The translations under genes and the position numbers were made by a program. A stretch of 64,000 bases of DNA from positions 2,976,001 through 3,040,000 of the forward strand of contig OZ253462.1 in assembly GCA_965261395.1 (NCBI GenBank), read 5' to 3'. The notes beneath the pieces were generated by a model. It made no database searches. It saw only the letters and a program-made list of their open reading frames with translations, and was not told the DNA's origin. This DNA is from Candidatus Latescibacterota bacterium. GTDB lineage: Bacteria; Latescibacterota; UBA2968; UBA8231. Shown one piece after another: positions 48,536-58,715 of the stretch; positions within the stretch are counted from its first letter, which is position 1; each line of letters starts with the position of its first letter.

Positions 48536-48711
48536 GGGTTTGTGCCAATTTGGTTGCAGCTAGGTAGAAAAAGAACATAAGATTATATGAAATAAATATT
48601 TATATAGTTCAGCAATCGATTGCTGATGCTATGTCGCGAGGTTTTGGAACTGCGGCGGGTGTAGTTCCTTATTATTGTTTTTCTTAATATTAAAACCAGA
48701 AGCGAAAGACG

Positions 48712-49512
48712 ATGCAAAACGATTCCACATTCTCAGAGTTAGTTGCTATCATGGCGCGTCTGCGTGGCCCCAACGGCTGCCCTTGGGACCGCAAGCAGAC
48801 GCATGCCACGCTCAAGCCCTACCTGTTGGAGGAGACGTACGAGGCCCTCGAAGCCATTGACGCGGAAGACGACGCCGAGCTATGCAAAGAGCTGGGCGAT
48901 GTTTTGCTGCAAGTGGTGTTCCACGCCCAGATCGCGGCCGAGGAGGGTCGCTTCGACATCGAGGCAGTCGGCCAAGCCATAGTCGATAAGCTGATTCGCC
49001 GCCATCCCCATGTTTTTGACGATGCGAGTGTGGACGGGGCCGACGAGGTCTTGCGCCGCTGGGAGCAGATCAAAAAGCAGGAGCGCCAGGAGCAAGGGGA
49101 AGCCGCGCCCTCTTCGTTGGAGGGCATTCCCAAGCATCTCCCCGCCCTAATGCGTGCCCATCAGATCCAAGCGCGAGTTGCACGGCAGGGATTTGATTGG
49201 GACGGCATTGATGGCGCACTCGACAAGATCGAAGAGGAATTCGCCGAAGTGCGCAAAGCTTGGGAGACGGGTGGGGCCGCGGCGGTCGAGGAGGAGTTTG
49301 GCGACCTGCTCTTCTCGTTGGTCAACGCCAGCCGCTTCCTCAACGTAGAGCCCGAACAGGCACTCAGGCGTGCCGTTGCCAAGTTCGAACGCCGCTTCCG
49401 CGCCCTAGAGGAAGCCGTGCATGCGCGGAGCGAGGAAGTATCCGCGCTCTCACTGGTAGCCCTAGACGAGATCTGGGACGAGGTGAAAGCACGCGAAAAG
49501 GCCGAAGAATAA
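48712..49512 (+). CDS. mazG: nucleoside triphosphate pyrophosphohydrolase
   Basis: GCPWD..QT, EETYE, ELGD.LLQ, RRHPHVF, EEFGDLLF. Confidence 0.96.
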   Translation: MQNDSTFSELVAIMARLRGPNGCPWDRKQTHATLKPYLLEETYEALEAIDAEDDAELCKELGDVLLQVVFHAQIAAEEGRFDIEAVGQAIVDKLIRRHPHVFDDASVDGADEVLRRWEQIKKQERQEQGEAAPSSLEGIPKHLPALMRAHQIQARVARQGFDWDGIDGALDKIEEEFAEVRKAWETGGAAAVEEEFGDLLFSLVNASRFLNVEPEQALRRAVAKFERRFRALEEAVHARSEEVSALSLVALDEIWDEVKAREKAEE

Positions 49513-49521
49513 GGAGGCGAC

Positions 49522-50235
49522 ATGGAACTGGCGCTCGACAGGGTTCCCCTCCGCGTTGACGCGCTCTTTTTCGCTGCGGTCTTGGGCGTTTTGGCGCTCT
49601 CGGTGCTGGCCGTGCGCGTCGCTGTCCAGCGCGCGGGACAGGCCGCCGACCTGTGGACGATACGGGCGGCTATTGGAGCGATGCTCTGGCTGGTGGCGAC
49701 CGGGCTGGCCGCGCTCTCGGGCGAGCTGCGGAGCTTTTCGCTACCCCTCTTCACAGGCTTGATGATCCTAACGGGCGGTGCGGCCTTTTCGCGGGTGGGG
49801 GCCGTGCTGATGGCTACGGTCGGCCCCGTCGGGCTGATTGGCTTCCAGTTTTTCCGCGTGCCGGCTGCCATGTTCCTCCAAGGGATGTACCAAGCTGGGC
49901 AGGCACCGGTGCAGATGACTTACGATGGGCTCAACTTTGACATCTTCGCTGGCTTGACCGCTCCGGCCATGGCTTGGCTGGTCTGGCGCGGCAAGGCGGG
50001 ATCCTACGCGATATGGGCTTGGAATGCGTTTGGGCTGGTGCTGCTGGCCGAGGCGGTCGTCGTCGCGGCCCTCTCCATGCCGACGGAGTTCCGCGTCTTT
50101 ACCAACGAGCCGGCTAGCACGTTTGTGACCTACGCACCCTACGTCTGGCTGCCGACGGTTTTGGCACCAGCCGCCCTATTGGGTCATTTGTTGGTATTGC
50201 GCTGGCTGGTGGCAAGCTGCTCCGGGTCGAGATAA
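49522..50235 (+). CDS. hypothetical integral membrane protein
   Basis: RBS aaggagg, about 7 hydrophobic segments, Q.FR...NFDI..G...WN motif. Confidence 0.75.
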   Translation: MELALDRVPLRVDALFFAAVLGVLALSVLAVRVAVQRAGQAADLWTIRAAIGAMLWLVATGLAALSGELRSFSLPLFTGLMILTGGAAFSRVGAVLMATVGPVGLIGFQFFRVPAAMFLQGMYQAGQAPVQMTYDGLNFDIFAGLTAPAMAWLVWRGKAGSYAIWAWNAFGLVLLAEAVVVAALSMPTEFRVFTNEPASTFVTYAPYVWLPTVLAPAALLGHLLVLRWLVASCSGSR

Positions 50236-51716
50236 TCCATGGCCGGATCGAGTTTCCAGCGGCACTGGTCGGGAGGCTGGACGGTGCGGCCCCACGCGGC
50301 TAGGATGGGCCGGTCGGCGCGGAGCGCGGTCATGCGCGCGGTGATCCACTCTGGGTCCCACCCGTCTAGGACTTCGGCTTTGAGCGCGGCCAATATCTCT
50401 TGGTGCGCCGGGTCGGCCGCTAGGTCGCAGCGCTCGCGCGGGTCAGTTTGGAGGTCAAAAAGCTGGCAGGGCTGGCCGTGGTAGTAGTTGAGCTTCCACC
50501 GCCCGCGCCGAATCATGCGCTGGAAAATGCCCTCTGCTGGGAAGGGGCCACCGGCCCCGGCCGCGTCTTGGCAGAACTCGGAGAAGGCGACGTCGTCCCA
50601 CTCGACGTTTTTGGGATCTGCGAGTAAGGGCAGGAGGCTGCGGCCCCGCGAGTTGGGCAAGTCCGGGCAGCCCAAGGCGTCGAGCATGGTCGCGTTGAGG
50701 TCGAGTGAAGAAATCACCCGGTCGCAACGGGTGCCGGCGGGCAAGCGTCCAGGCCAAGCGAGTATGGCCGGCACCTTAACCGAGTCCTCGTAAAAAGTCT
50801 GCTTCCACCACAGCCCATGCTCGCCGACCTGTTCGCCGTGGTCTGAGGTATAGAGGACGAGGGTATTTTCCTCCAAGTCGTTTTCCCGCAGTGCGGCCAC
50901 GATCTGGCCGATCAGCGCGTCCATGCGGTGGACTAGCGCCCAATAGGCGGCGCGGGCGCGGCGGATCTCTTCTTCGCTGACTTCCTCGATATCGCAGGCT
51001 TGGCGCCAGCGCTTGATGTGAGGGTGCAGGTGATCGCCGAAGGGTTCGGGGGTTTGCGGCGGGGTGATGTTTTCATAGTAGTAGCGATAGTCTTGCAAGC
51101 GGGCGACAAAGGGCTGGTGCGGCAGCATGAAACCGACCGAGAGCGAGAACGGCTCCGCGGCTTGGCCGGCGCGCTTGGCGACGCCGAGGCGATTGAGGTA
51201 GTCAACAGTCGCGGCGGTGACGTCTTCGTCGTGGACTTGGTAGGCGCTCTGGCCGTGGCCGGACAGGCGCAAGCTGACGCGACTCGGCCCGGCCGTCCCC
51301 GTGAGCTGGCCGTGATCGACGCCTGCGCCCCCGGGCTGGTTGGGGCCGTGGTCGCCGACGAGCCGCTCCGCGTACCCGTGCAACTGATCCGGTCCAACCG
51401 AGTGCATGCGACCGACGAGCGCGGGGCGATAGCCGCCCGCACCCATAGAGTGGGCGAGGGTGGGGATGCCGGAATCGAGGATGTGGGTATTGGTCCAGAC
51501 TTGGTTGTCGCAGGGGTAGCGGCCCGAGAGCATGGACATCCGCGAGGGCACGCAAATCGGTGAGGGGCAATAGGTGTTGTCGAACGCCACGCCGCGCGCG
51601 GCGAGGGCATCGAGGTGGGGGGTCTCGACTAAGGGATCCCCATAGCATCCGGCGACGTAGGGGCTGTGTTGGTCGGAGTGGATGTAAAGCAGGTTGGGAG
51701 GGGGTGCTTGGCTCAT
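50184..51716 (-). CDS. sulfatase (choline sulfatase-like)
   Basis: SDQH, CVPSR, PHQP, SDHG, LFDL..DP.E. Confidence 0.92.
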   Translation of the reverse strand: MSQAPPPNLLYIHSDQHSPYVAGCYGDPLVETPHLDALAARGVAFDNTYCPSPICVPSRMSMLSGRYPCDNQVWTNTHILDSGIPTLAHSMGAGGYRPALVGRMHSVGPDQLHGYAERLVGDHGPNQPGGAGVDHGQLTGTAGPSRVSLRLSGHGQSAYQVHDEDVTAATVDYLNRLGVAKRAGQAAEPFSLSVGFMLPHQPFVARLQDYRYYYENITPPQTPEPFGDHLHPHIKRWRQACDIEEVSEEEIRRARAAYWALVHRMDALIGQIVAALRENDLEENTLVLYTSDHGEQVGEHGLWWKQTFYEDSVKVPAILAWPGRLPAGTRCDRVISSLDLNATMLDALGCPDLPNSRGRSLLPLLADPKNVEWDDVAFSEFCQDAAGAGGPFPAEGIFQRMIRRGRWKLNYYHGQPCQLFDLQTDPRERCDLAADPAHQEILAALKAEVLDGWDPEWITARMTALRADRPILAAWGRTVQPPDQCRWKLDPAMDYLDPEQLATSQRNTNK

Positions 51717-51862
51717 AATAGTCCTTGTCGGTTAGGCGGTGTGCGCGATAAGGTATGCGGCTGGTCGGAGCCGAGCAAGATGGGGCGGGGCGAGGTTTTT
51801 CTCGCGCTGCTGCCTTGTGTACGTTTGTTTGAACAGCGAACCGCAAGCGATGGAGATTAGGT

Positions 51863-52666
51863 ATGCAAAGCAAAAAAGCCGCCAAGTCGGCGAAGATGAA
51901 GAAGAAGGACTACGAGCGCGAATTGGCCAAGTTGCACCACGAGTTGGTCAAGTTGCAGCACTGGATCAAGGATCAGGGCTTGCGGGTCGTAATTGTCTTT
52001 GAGGGGCGCGACACGGCTGGCAAAGGCGGGGTCATCAAGCGCGTCACCGAGCCGCTCAATCCGCGCGGCGCGCGCGTGGTGGCTTTGGGCACGCCGTCGG
52101 ACCGCGAGCGCACCCAGTGGTACTTCCAGCGCTACGTGACCCACCTGCCGACCGCGGGCGAGATCGTGGTCTTCGACCGCAGTTGGTACAACCGCAGCGG
52201 TGTCGAACGGGTGTTAGGTTTTTGCACCGAGGAGGAGTATTGGGAGTTTCTCCACTCGTGCCCGGAGTTTGAGCGCATGCTAGTGCGCTCGGGGATCATC
52301 CTGCTCAAGTACTGGCTCTCGGTGAGTGAGGAAGAGCAAGAAAGCCGCTTTCAGGAGCGCGCCCGGAATCCGCTCAAGCGCTGGAAGCTCAGCGATATAG
52401 ACCTCAAGTCACGGAACCTGTGGGTCGCGTACTCCAAGGCCAAAGACGAGGCGTTTTTCTACACAGACATTCCCGAAGCGCCTTGGTACACGGTCGAAGC
52501 CGACGACAAGCGTCGGGCGCGTCTCAATTGCATTGCGCACATCCTCAGCCAACTGCCCTACAAGGATGTAATGCCAAAAAAGGTCAAGCTACCGCCGCGC
52601 CCGCCCCACGGCGAGTACCAGCGCCCGCCGCAGAGCAAGTTGCACTTTGTCGATGAGAAGTACTGA
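51863..52666 (+). CDS. ppk2: polyphosphate kinase 2
   Basis: FEGRD.AGKGG, FDRSWYNR, WKLS..D. Confidence 0.96.
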   Translation: MQSKKAAKSAKMKKKDYERELAKLHHELVKLQHWIKDQGLRVVIVFEGRDTAGKGGVIKRVTEPLNPRGARVVALGTPSDRERTQWYFQRYVTHLPTAGEIVVFDRSWYNRSGVERVLGFCTEEEYWEFLHSCPEFERMLVRSGIILLKYWLSVSEEEQESRFQERARNPLKRWKLSDIDLKSRNLWVAYSKAKDEAFFYTDIPEAPWYTVEADDKRRARLNCIAHILSQLPYKDVMPKKVKLPPRPPHGEYQRPPQSKLHFVDEKY

Positions 52667-52705
52667 AAAGCGATTTTGCAACTTGCCCGAGTGCAAGCGA
52701 TTACC

Positions 52706-54343
52706 ATGACAGCATCCCCCAAAAAAAGGAAGGCTGCTCCCAACAAATCTGAGTCTCAGGTTCGCAAAGCGGACTTAGGCATGCGCATAGTCGAGTTATT
52801 GGAAGCGCCTCGGGCGCAGTGCGGTATTCTCCTCTTTATTGTCGCAGCGGCATTTCTCTTGGGGGTCTGGACCTTCGACCCCAAACTGTCCCTGAGCGGC
52901 GATAACGCCGAATTCATCACGCTGGCGCGCAGTCTGGCCCAAGGCGAGGGGCTTTTGCACATCAACTCGCCCGATCCGCAGCCAGCAACCAAGTACCCTT
53001 TTGGCTTCCCCCTTTTGCTGGCTCCGTTGGTGTGGGCTTTCCCCGGCGATTGGGTGCCGATGAAGGCTTGGGTGCTGGTGCTCTTTGCACTGGGGATGGG
53101 GATGCTCTACCAATTGGCCAAGGAGCGGATGGGCGTCTTGCCCGGCTTGGTGGTGGTGACGCTGAGCGTTGTACTCGGCAAGAGCTATTTGACGCATGGA
53201 CCGACCGGTGCAGCCTACGGCCCGCTACTTCTGCACTACGCACACCAAGTCATGTCCGAAGTGCCCTATTTGACCTTTTCGCTTTTGGCGCTGTGGCTCG
53301 TCGAACGGGGCGTCGGGCGCGAGGGCCTCAAGGGAAATTGGTGGCTCGTCGGTGGGTTCGCCTGCACCATTTGGGCGTACTACATCCGCACAGTTGGGAT
53401 CGCGCTAGTGGCGGCTGTGGTGGTCTATCTGTTGCTCCGACGCGATTTCCGGCGGTGTTTGCTCTTTGGCGGCGCGGCGTTTGTCTGCTGGCTGCCGTGG
53501 ACCTTGCGCAATCAGGCGGTGGGCGGCGGTAGCGTTTATATCAAGCAGCTCTTCATGGTCAATCCCTACCACCCAGAGCGGGGTCTGCTCGATATAGGCG
53601 GCTTTGTCGAGCGCTTTATCGGCCATGCGTATCGCTATCTGACGCGGGAATTGCCCAATACCTTGGTGCCTTTTTTTGACGGCACCGGGACGATCCTGCA
53701 TCCCGCCCCCTTGTTGCTGATCGCGCTTGCCGTTGCCGCGACGGTGCTCTGCATTAAGCGCGGCGAACACCTGCTGCTCCTGCTCTACGCGGCGTTTTTC
53801 ATGGGTATCGTATTGCTCTGGCCTTGGCCGGGGGACCGCTTTCTGGTGCCTATTGTGCCGGTGCTGGTCTTATTGGGGGTCTGGGTTGTTTTGCAAATTC
53901 GCGATAGACTGGCTGGAGGCAATGTGGGCAAGTTGGTGGTATGGGGCTGCTTCCTCGCCTGCGTCATCGGCCAAGTCGGCGGCGTCAAACGCCTAGCCGA
54001 CTACGCCGCCGCCGACTACCCCCCGCCTTGGCTGCGCTACTATCAGGCGGGTCAATGGCTCAAAGCCAACGCGCCGGCAGACGCCATCGTGCTGTGCCGC
54101 AAGGGCTACTGGATGTACATCGTCTCGGGCCGGCGCTGCGTCGGCTTCCCCTTTGACGAGCCGGCAAAAGTGCTGGCCCATATGGAGCGCGAAAAGGTAG
54201 AGTACGTCGTGCTGGAGAGCCTCGGTTTTCCGCAGACTGGGCAGTACCTGTACCCAGCTATCGAGGAGTACGAGAGCCGCTTTCAGGTGGTGTGGCACGA
54301 CCCGGTGGTGCCGACGTTTGTGCTGCGTTTCCTCAAGCAATAG
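52706..54343 (+). CDS. GT-C (ArnT/PMT-like) membrane glycosyltransferase
   Basis: multiple TMs, D...F..LA.SLA.G.G, YP.GFP, MSE, R..G, RFL.P. Confidence 0.75.
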   Translation: MTASPKKRKAAPNKSESQVRKADLGMRIVELLEAPRAQCGILLFIVAAAFLLGVWTFDPKLSLSGDNAEFITLARSLAQGEGLLHINSPDPQPATKYPFGFPLLLAPLVWAFPGDWVPMKAWVLVLFALGMGMLYQLAKERMGVLPGLVVVTLSVVLGKSYLTHGPTGAAYGPLLLHYAHQVMSEVPYLTFSLLALWLVERGVGREGLKGNWWLVGGFACTIWAYYIRTVGIALVAAVVVYLLLRRDFRRCLLFGGAAFVCWLPWTLRNQAVGGGSVYIKQLFMVNPYHPERGLLDIGGFVERFIGHAYRYLTRELPNTLVPFFDGTGTILHPAPLLLIALAVAATVLCIKRGEHLLLLLYAAFFMGIVLLWPWPGDRFLVPIVPVLVLLGVWVVLQIRDRLAGGNVGKLVVWGCFLACVIGQVGGVKRLADYAAADYPPPWLRYYQAGQWLKANAPADAIVLCRKGYWMYIVSGRRCVGFPFDEPAKVLAHMEREKVEYVVLESLGFPQTGQYLYPAIEEYESRFQVVWHDPVVPTFVLRFLKQ

Positions 54344-54355
54344 GTCATTTTCTCT

Positions 54356-56479
54356 ATGGATCACACTGATGAGTTACCTGTCGCGAAGGGTCGTTACGGC
54401 TGCTACAAGCGGCTGGCGGCCTGTCTGCTGAACGCCGGGCTGGCCGCATGGGCGGAGCCGGTGGCCGCGGAGTCAAACCCGTGCGCCAACGGTATCGTCG
54501 TATCGGAGCCGCAGGACCATCCCGGCTTGGTGGCCAACTGCGAGGTGCTCTTGGGCCTACGCGACCACTTGGCCGGCGACCGCGGCTTAAACTGGAGCGC
54601 AGACATACCCATTACTCAGTGGGACGGTATCGAGGTCGGCGATTCTGGTGTCAAAACGTTGGAACTCGGCGACAACGAGTTGACGGGTGTGGTCCCACCC
54701 GAATTGGGCCATCTGAGCCAACTGCAGTGGTTGAGCCTCTACGACAACAGGTTGACCGGCTCGATTCCACCCGAGTTGGGTCGTCTGAGCCAACTGGAGT
54801 GGTTGGACCTTAGCGGCAATGTGCTGATCGGCTCGATTCCACCCGAGTTGGGTCGTCTGAGCCAACTGGAGTGGTTGGACCTTAGCGGCAATGTGCTGAT
54901 CGGCTCGATTCCACCCGGACTGAGCCAACTGATAGCCCTGCGAGGGCTGTATCTCTACGGCAACCAGTTGATCGGCTCGATTCCACTCGAACTGAGCCAA
55001 CTGACAGCTCTGCGGGGGCTGCGCCTCGACAACAATGGGTTGACGGGTGTGATTCCACCCGCATTGGGTCGTCTGACAGAGCTGGAGGAGTTGAACCTCG
55101 ACGGCAACGCGCTGATAGGATGTGCACCGGAGACATTGGCCAGATGGGTCAACGATCTGCCGGTTTGCTCCCAAGTCTCGAAATCATTCGATGCGGCTGT
55201 TAGCGGGGTGACGGCCACTGTCCTGGGCGATGCGATCGAGCACTTAATTGTTGAGTTTGCACGTACCATCATCGGCCGCCAACCCGACTACGCTTGGATC
55301 GGTGTCACCGACGAGTTCGGACAGCTAGAACTGATCATCTCCAGTGAGGCTCCGGTGAGCGGCTACTATCAAGCCCGGGCTCGCAACGCCGATGGCGAGG
55401 TGGTGGGCCAGTGGCACAGCATTTTTCTCGACCAGGACCGGCACCAGAGCTTGGAGTTGACCTTAGGCGGCGGTGTGCAAGTGGTAGCCAGCCAAGTGCT
55501 GGCCAGAGGGGCCGAATTGATTGCCCACTACCCCTTCAATGGCAATGCCCGGGACGCCAGCGGAAACGAGTATCACGGTATCCTGTCAGGTCCCGTACCT
55601 ACAAGAGACCGCTTCGGCAACGAAGCTGGTGCGATTCTCTTCAACGGGACCAACCATCGCATCAACCTTCCACGCGAAGTGCTCAATGGCCGGACGGACG
55701 TGAGCGTCGCGTTCTGGTTGAAAACCTCCAAGACCGGCGCACAATCCATCGTCGGCGGTGCCAACCAGAAAAACGAAAACGAATATCTTATCTACTTCTT
55801 GAACAAAAGCCAGTTACTCTTCTATTCGCATGGGTCCGGACCTGGAATCCATGATGGACGGTGTGATGTAACAATCCAATCGATTGCCGACGGGAACTGG
55901 CATCACGTTGCCGTGGTTCGCAACGCTTCGCTGGGCCATGCCGACTTTTTTGTAGATGGCACGGGCTATGCCAATCGCTGTGGGGACTTGGTGTACAACA
56001 TGCTCGTGGTTGATGCGGGCGGGCTCATCATTGGTCAAGAACAAGATCAGGTCGGTGGCGGTTTCGACGCGACTCAGGTTCTCAGGGGCGCGTTGGACGA
56101 CCTCAGAATATACGATGGGATATTGTCGGCCATTGAGGTGCAGGCTCTCATGCGTGAAAGCGATCCAAACGATCCCGGTGCGGCCAAGGAGGTGACCTCG
56201 GTCGCCAGCGGCCTATATCCCAATGTCCCCAATCCCTTCAACGCCAGCACCCAGATCGCCTACCGCTTGGCCACCCCCGGCCCGGTGCGACTGGAGATCT
56301 ACAATATGCTGGGCCAGCCGGTGCGTACACTGGTGGATGAGTTCCAGGTCGCCGGCTTCCATCAGGTCCACTGGGACGCCCGTGACCAGCGGGGCTTTGC
56401 AGTCGCGGCGGGCGTCTATATCAGCCGTCTGCACTACCCCGGCGGAGTCCAGACCCGGCGGTTGCTCTTACTCAAATAG
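54356..56479 (+). CDS. secreted LRR + LamG + FlgD-Ig sorting-domain protein
   Basis: plant-type LRRs L.G.IPPELG.L..L, LamG (DGNWHHVA, G.LDDLRIY), C-terminal N.PNPFN...AAGVY. Confidence 0.88.
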   Translation: MDHTDELPVAKGRYGCYKRLAACLLNAGLAAWAEPVAAESNPCANGIVVSEPQDHPGLVANCEVLLGLRDHLAGDRGLNWSADIPITQWDGIEVGDSGVKTLELGDNELTGVVPPELGHLSQLQWLSLYDNRLTGSIPPELGRLSQLEWLDLSGNVLIGSIPPELGRLSQLEWLDLSGNVLIGSIPPGLSQLIALRGLYLYGNQLIGSIPLELSQLTALRGLRLDNNGLTGVIPPALGRLTELEELNLDGNALIGCAPETLARWVNDLPVCSQVSKSFDAAVSGVTATVLGDAIEHLIVEFARTIIGRQPDYAWIGVTDEFGQLELIISSEAPVSGYYQARARNADGEVVGQWHSIFLDQDRHQSLELTLGGGVQVVASQVLARGAELIAHYPFNGNARDASGNEYHGILSGPVPTRDRFGNEAGAILFNGTNHRINLPREVLNGRTDVSVAFWLKTSKTGAQSIVGGANQKNENEYLIYFLNKSQLLFYSHGSGPGIHDGRCDVTIQSIADGNWHHVAVVRNASLGHADFFVDGTGYANRCGDLVYNMLVVDAGGLIIGQEQDQVGGGFDATQVLRGALDDLRIYDGILSAIEVQALMRESDPNDPGAAKEVTSVASGLYPNVPNPFNASTQIAYRLATPGPVRLEIYNMLGQPVRTLVDEFQVAGFHQVHWDARDQRGFAVAAGVYISRLHYPGGVQTRRLLLLK
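54757..54917 (+). repeat. exact 72-bp tandem LRR duplication
   Basis: units start at 54757, 54829 and 54901. Confidence 0.92.
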
Positions 56480-56511
56480 CCCGGAGCGTGGGTCGAAGCA
56501 TAGAGGTCATT

Positions 56512-57585
56512 TCATTCCCTAGCGGCTTCCCGCTCTTGAGCGGCCTCCACCAATTCCCGCATCGTCCGCTCGATGTCGTATTCGCATTCCCATTGGGGAT
56601 AGTGCGCTTGGAACTTGCGCACGTCGCTGATCCACCAGATGTGATCGCCCCTGCGAGCATCGTCCGCGAGCGCGTAGTCGAGCGACCGGCCCGCGAGGTG
56701 CTGCGCGGTTTCAATGGCCTCTAGCACGGAGACGTTGGCGCGGTGCCCACCGCCCATATTGTACACTTCGCCGGCGCGGGGATTTTGGCAGAAGTGCCAG
56801 AAGGCTGAGACGAGGTCGCGGCTGTGGATGTTGTCGCGCACCTGTTTGCCTTTGTAGCCGAAGATGGTGTAGGGCTTCCCGGTGACCACGCATTTGACTA
56901 GGTAGCCCAAAAAGCCGTGCAGTTCGGCGGCCGAATGGGCCGGGCCGGTTAGACAGCCGCCGCGAAAGACGGCGGTCTTGAGACCGAAGTAGCGGCCGTA
57001 TTCTTGGGTCAGGATGTCACCGGCGAGCTTGGATGCGCCGAAGAGGCTATGCTGGCACTGGTCGATGCGCAGGCTCTCGTCGATGCCGAACTCGCGGAAG
57101 GGGTGCGCTGCGTCGAGTTCATAGCGGGTCGCGCATTCCACCAAGGGCAGTTCGTTGGGCGCGTCGCCGTACACCTTGTTGGTGCTGGCGAAGATGAAAA
57201 CCGCGTCCGGACAGCAGCGGCGCGTGGCTTCCAACAGGTGGAGGGTGCCGTTGGCATTGATCGCAAAGTCCGTAAGCGGCTCGCGGGCTGCCCAGTCGTG
57301 CGAGGGTTGCGCCGCCGCGTGGATTACCAGCGCGATGGCCTTGCCGCATTCGGCAAACAGCGCGTTCACACCTTCCACGTCGCGGATGTCGAGATCGCGA
57401 TGTCGGTAGTTGGGCAATTCCTTTTCGAGCTGGGCGCGGTTCCAAGCGGTCGAGCCGTCCGCGCCGAAAAAGTACTGCCGCATGTTGTTATCCACGCCGA
57501 CGATGTCAAAGCCGCGCTCGTGCATGAAGCGGGCCGCCTCGCTGCCGACGAGACCCGCCGAGCCGGTGATCAGGGCGATGCTCAA
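56512..57585 (-). CDS. NAD-dependent epimerase (CDP-paratose 2-epimerase-like)
   Basis: [31 protein letters not shown]. Confidence 0.85.
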   Translation of the reverse strand: MSIALITGSAGLVGSEAARFMHERGFDIVGVDNNMRQYFFGADGSTAWNRAQLEKELPNYRHRDLDIRDVEGVNALFAECGKAIALVIHAAAQPSHDWAAREPLTDFAINANGTLHLLEATRRCCPDAVFIFASTNKVYGDAPNELPLVECATRYELDAAHPFREFGIDESLRIDQCQHSLFGASKLAGDILTQEYGRYFGLKTAVFRGGCLTGPAHSAAELHGFLGYLVKCVVTGKPYTIFGYKGKQVRDNIHSRDLVSAFWHFCQNPRAGEVYNMGGGHRANVSVLEAIETAQHLAGRSLDYALADDARRGDHIWWISDVRKFQAHYPQWECEYDIERTMRELVEAAQEREAARE

Positions 57586-57644
57586 TGGAACAGTCTCCTT
57601 GTGGTACTCGTTTTATTCAGTGACCGCACGGCCAGTACAACGTT

Positions 57645-58715
57645 TTACTCGCTGACCGTAAGGTTAGTGAACATCGGGCGGACCAGATCGCCGTTGTCCA
57701 CCAGCCAAGTGTGGATGTCACCGACGATGTTTCGTGCAGTCTTTTGCGGGGTCCAGCCAAAGGCCGCCTGCGCCTTGGCATTGTCCGTGACGTAATAGGG
57801 GATGTCGGTCGGCTGGGTCTCAGGGACCGAGCCGATGGCGAGGGTGCGGCCCGTGGCCTCTTGGCAGAGCCGGGTGTATTCCACCAGCGAGGTCGAGCTG
57901 GCGAGGCCACCGCCGACGTTGAACACGTCGCCCGTCCACGCGGCTGGACAGGCCACTTGCGCCTCTAACAGGGGGAAGAGATCGTCCGGGTGCAAGAGGT
58001 CGCGCACTTGCTTGCCACGTCCGCCGAACCCCATGTAGCGCAGCCCCAACCCAAAGTAGTGGCCGGCGACCCACAGGGCGTACACGCCCTGATCGGCTCG
58101 GCCCCACTGGCCCGGTCCGGCGATGACGCCGCAGCGGTTGATCAGGGTATTCAGGCCATAGGCAGCGCAGTACTCTTGGACGAAGAGTTCGGAAGCCAAT
58201 TTGGTCGCGCCATACAGCGAGCGGTGACCGGAGGTGGCAAACGACTCGCCGATGCCCGCGGCCGACAGTCCCGCTGGCTGAGGGTCTTTTGGGTTGAGGC
58301 TAAAGCGCGTCTCCTCTTCGCGCAGGGGTAAGCTCCGAAGTGTGGGCAGCGAATAGACCCGCGAGGTGGAGAGGAAGAGCAAAGCACCAGCGCGCCGACG
58401 CGCCCACTCCAAGCAGTTGAGAGTGCCCTTGAGGTTGGTGTCGATCGCGTTGGTATCCGCGTGGACTGAAGGCTCGGCCGCCGCGTCGATGAGCAGGTCG
58501 AAGGTGCCTGTCAGCGATTCCAAATCGCGGGGAAAGCGCACGTCGCCGTGGATGAACTCTATGTTGTGCGCCCTGAAGTCGGCCAAGTTCAGCTCGGACC
58601 CGCGCCGGCTGAGGTTGTCGAAGGCGACGATGCGCCGGTTGGGGTAGTGCTGGCGGTAGCGGCGTGCCAAGCTCGCGCCGACAAAACCCGCGCCGCCGGC
58701 AATGCACAAGCTCAC
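57645..58715 (-). CDS. NAD-dependent epimerase/dehydratase
   Basis: GGAGFVG, AAEPSV, STSRVY, YGATK, GKQVRD. Confidence 0.88.
   Translation of the reverse strand: MSLCIAGGAGFVGASLARRYRQHYPNRRIVAFDNLSRRGSELNLADFRAHNIEFIHGDVRFPRDLESLTGTFDLLIDAAAEPSVHADTNAIDTNLKGTLNCLEWARRRAGALLFLSTSRVYSLPTLRSLPLREEETRFSLNPKDPQPAGLSAAGIGESFATSGHRSLYGATKLASELFVQEYCAAYGLNTLINRCGVIAGPGQWGRADQGVYALWVAGHYFGLGLRYMGFGGRGKQVRDLLHPDDLFPLLEAQVACPAAWTGDVFNVGGGLASSTSLVEYTRLCQEATGRTLAIGSVPETQPTDIPYYVTDNAKAQAAFGWTPQKTARNIVGDIHTWLVDNGDLVRPMFTNLTVSE

Larger units (their letters stand above)
54342..56512. mobile_element. putative 2.16-kb cargo insertion bounded by 9-bp direct repeats
   Basis: aggtcattt at 54342-54350 and 56504-56512; removal leaves the two convergent host genes 6 bp apart. 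Confidence 0.55.

Noticed and set aside
48532-48548. sigma54 promoter-like TGGCAC on the minus strand
   Set aside because: Spacing to the -12 element is off by one and the GC dinucleotide is absent.
48536-48711. Possible replication origin next to parA
   Set aside because: AT-rich, but no DnaA boxes (TTATCCACA) recognised and no dnaA/dnaN nearby.
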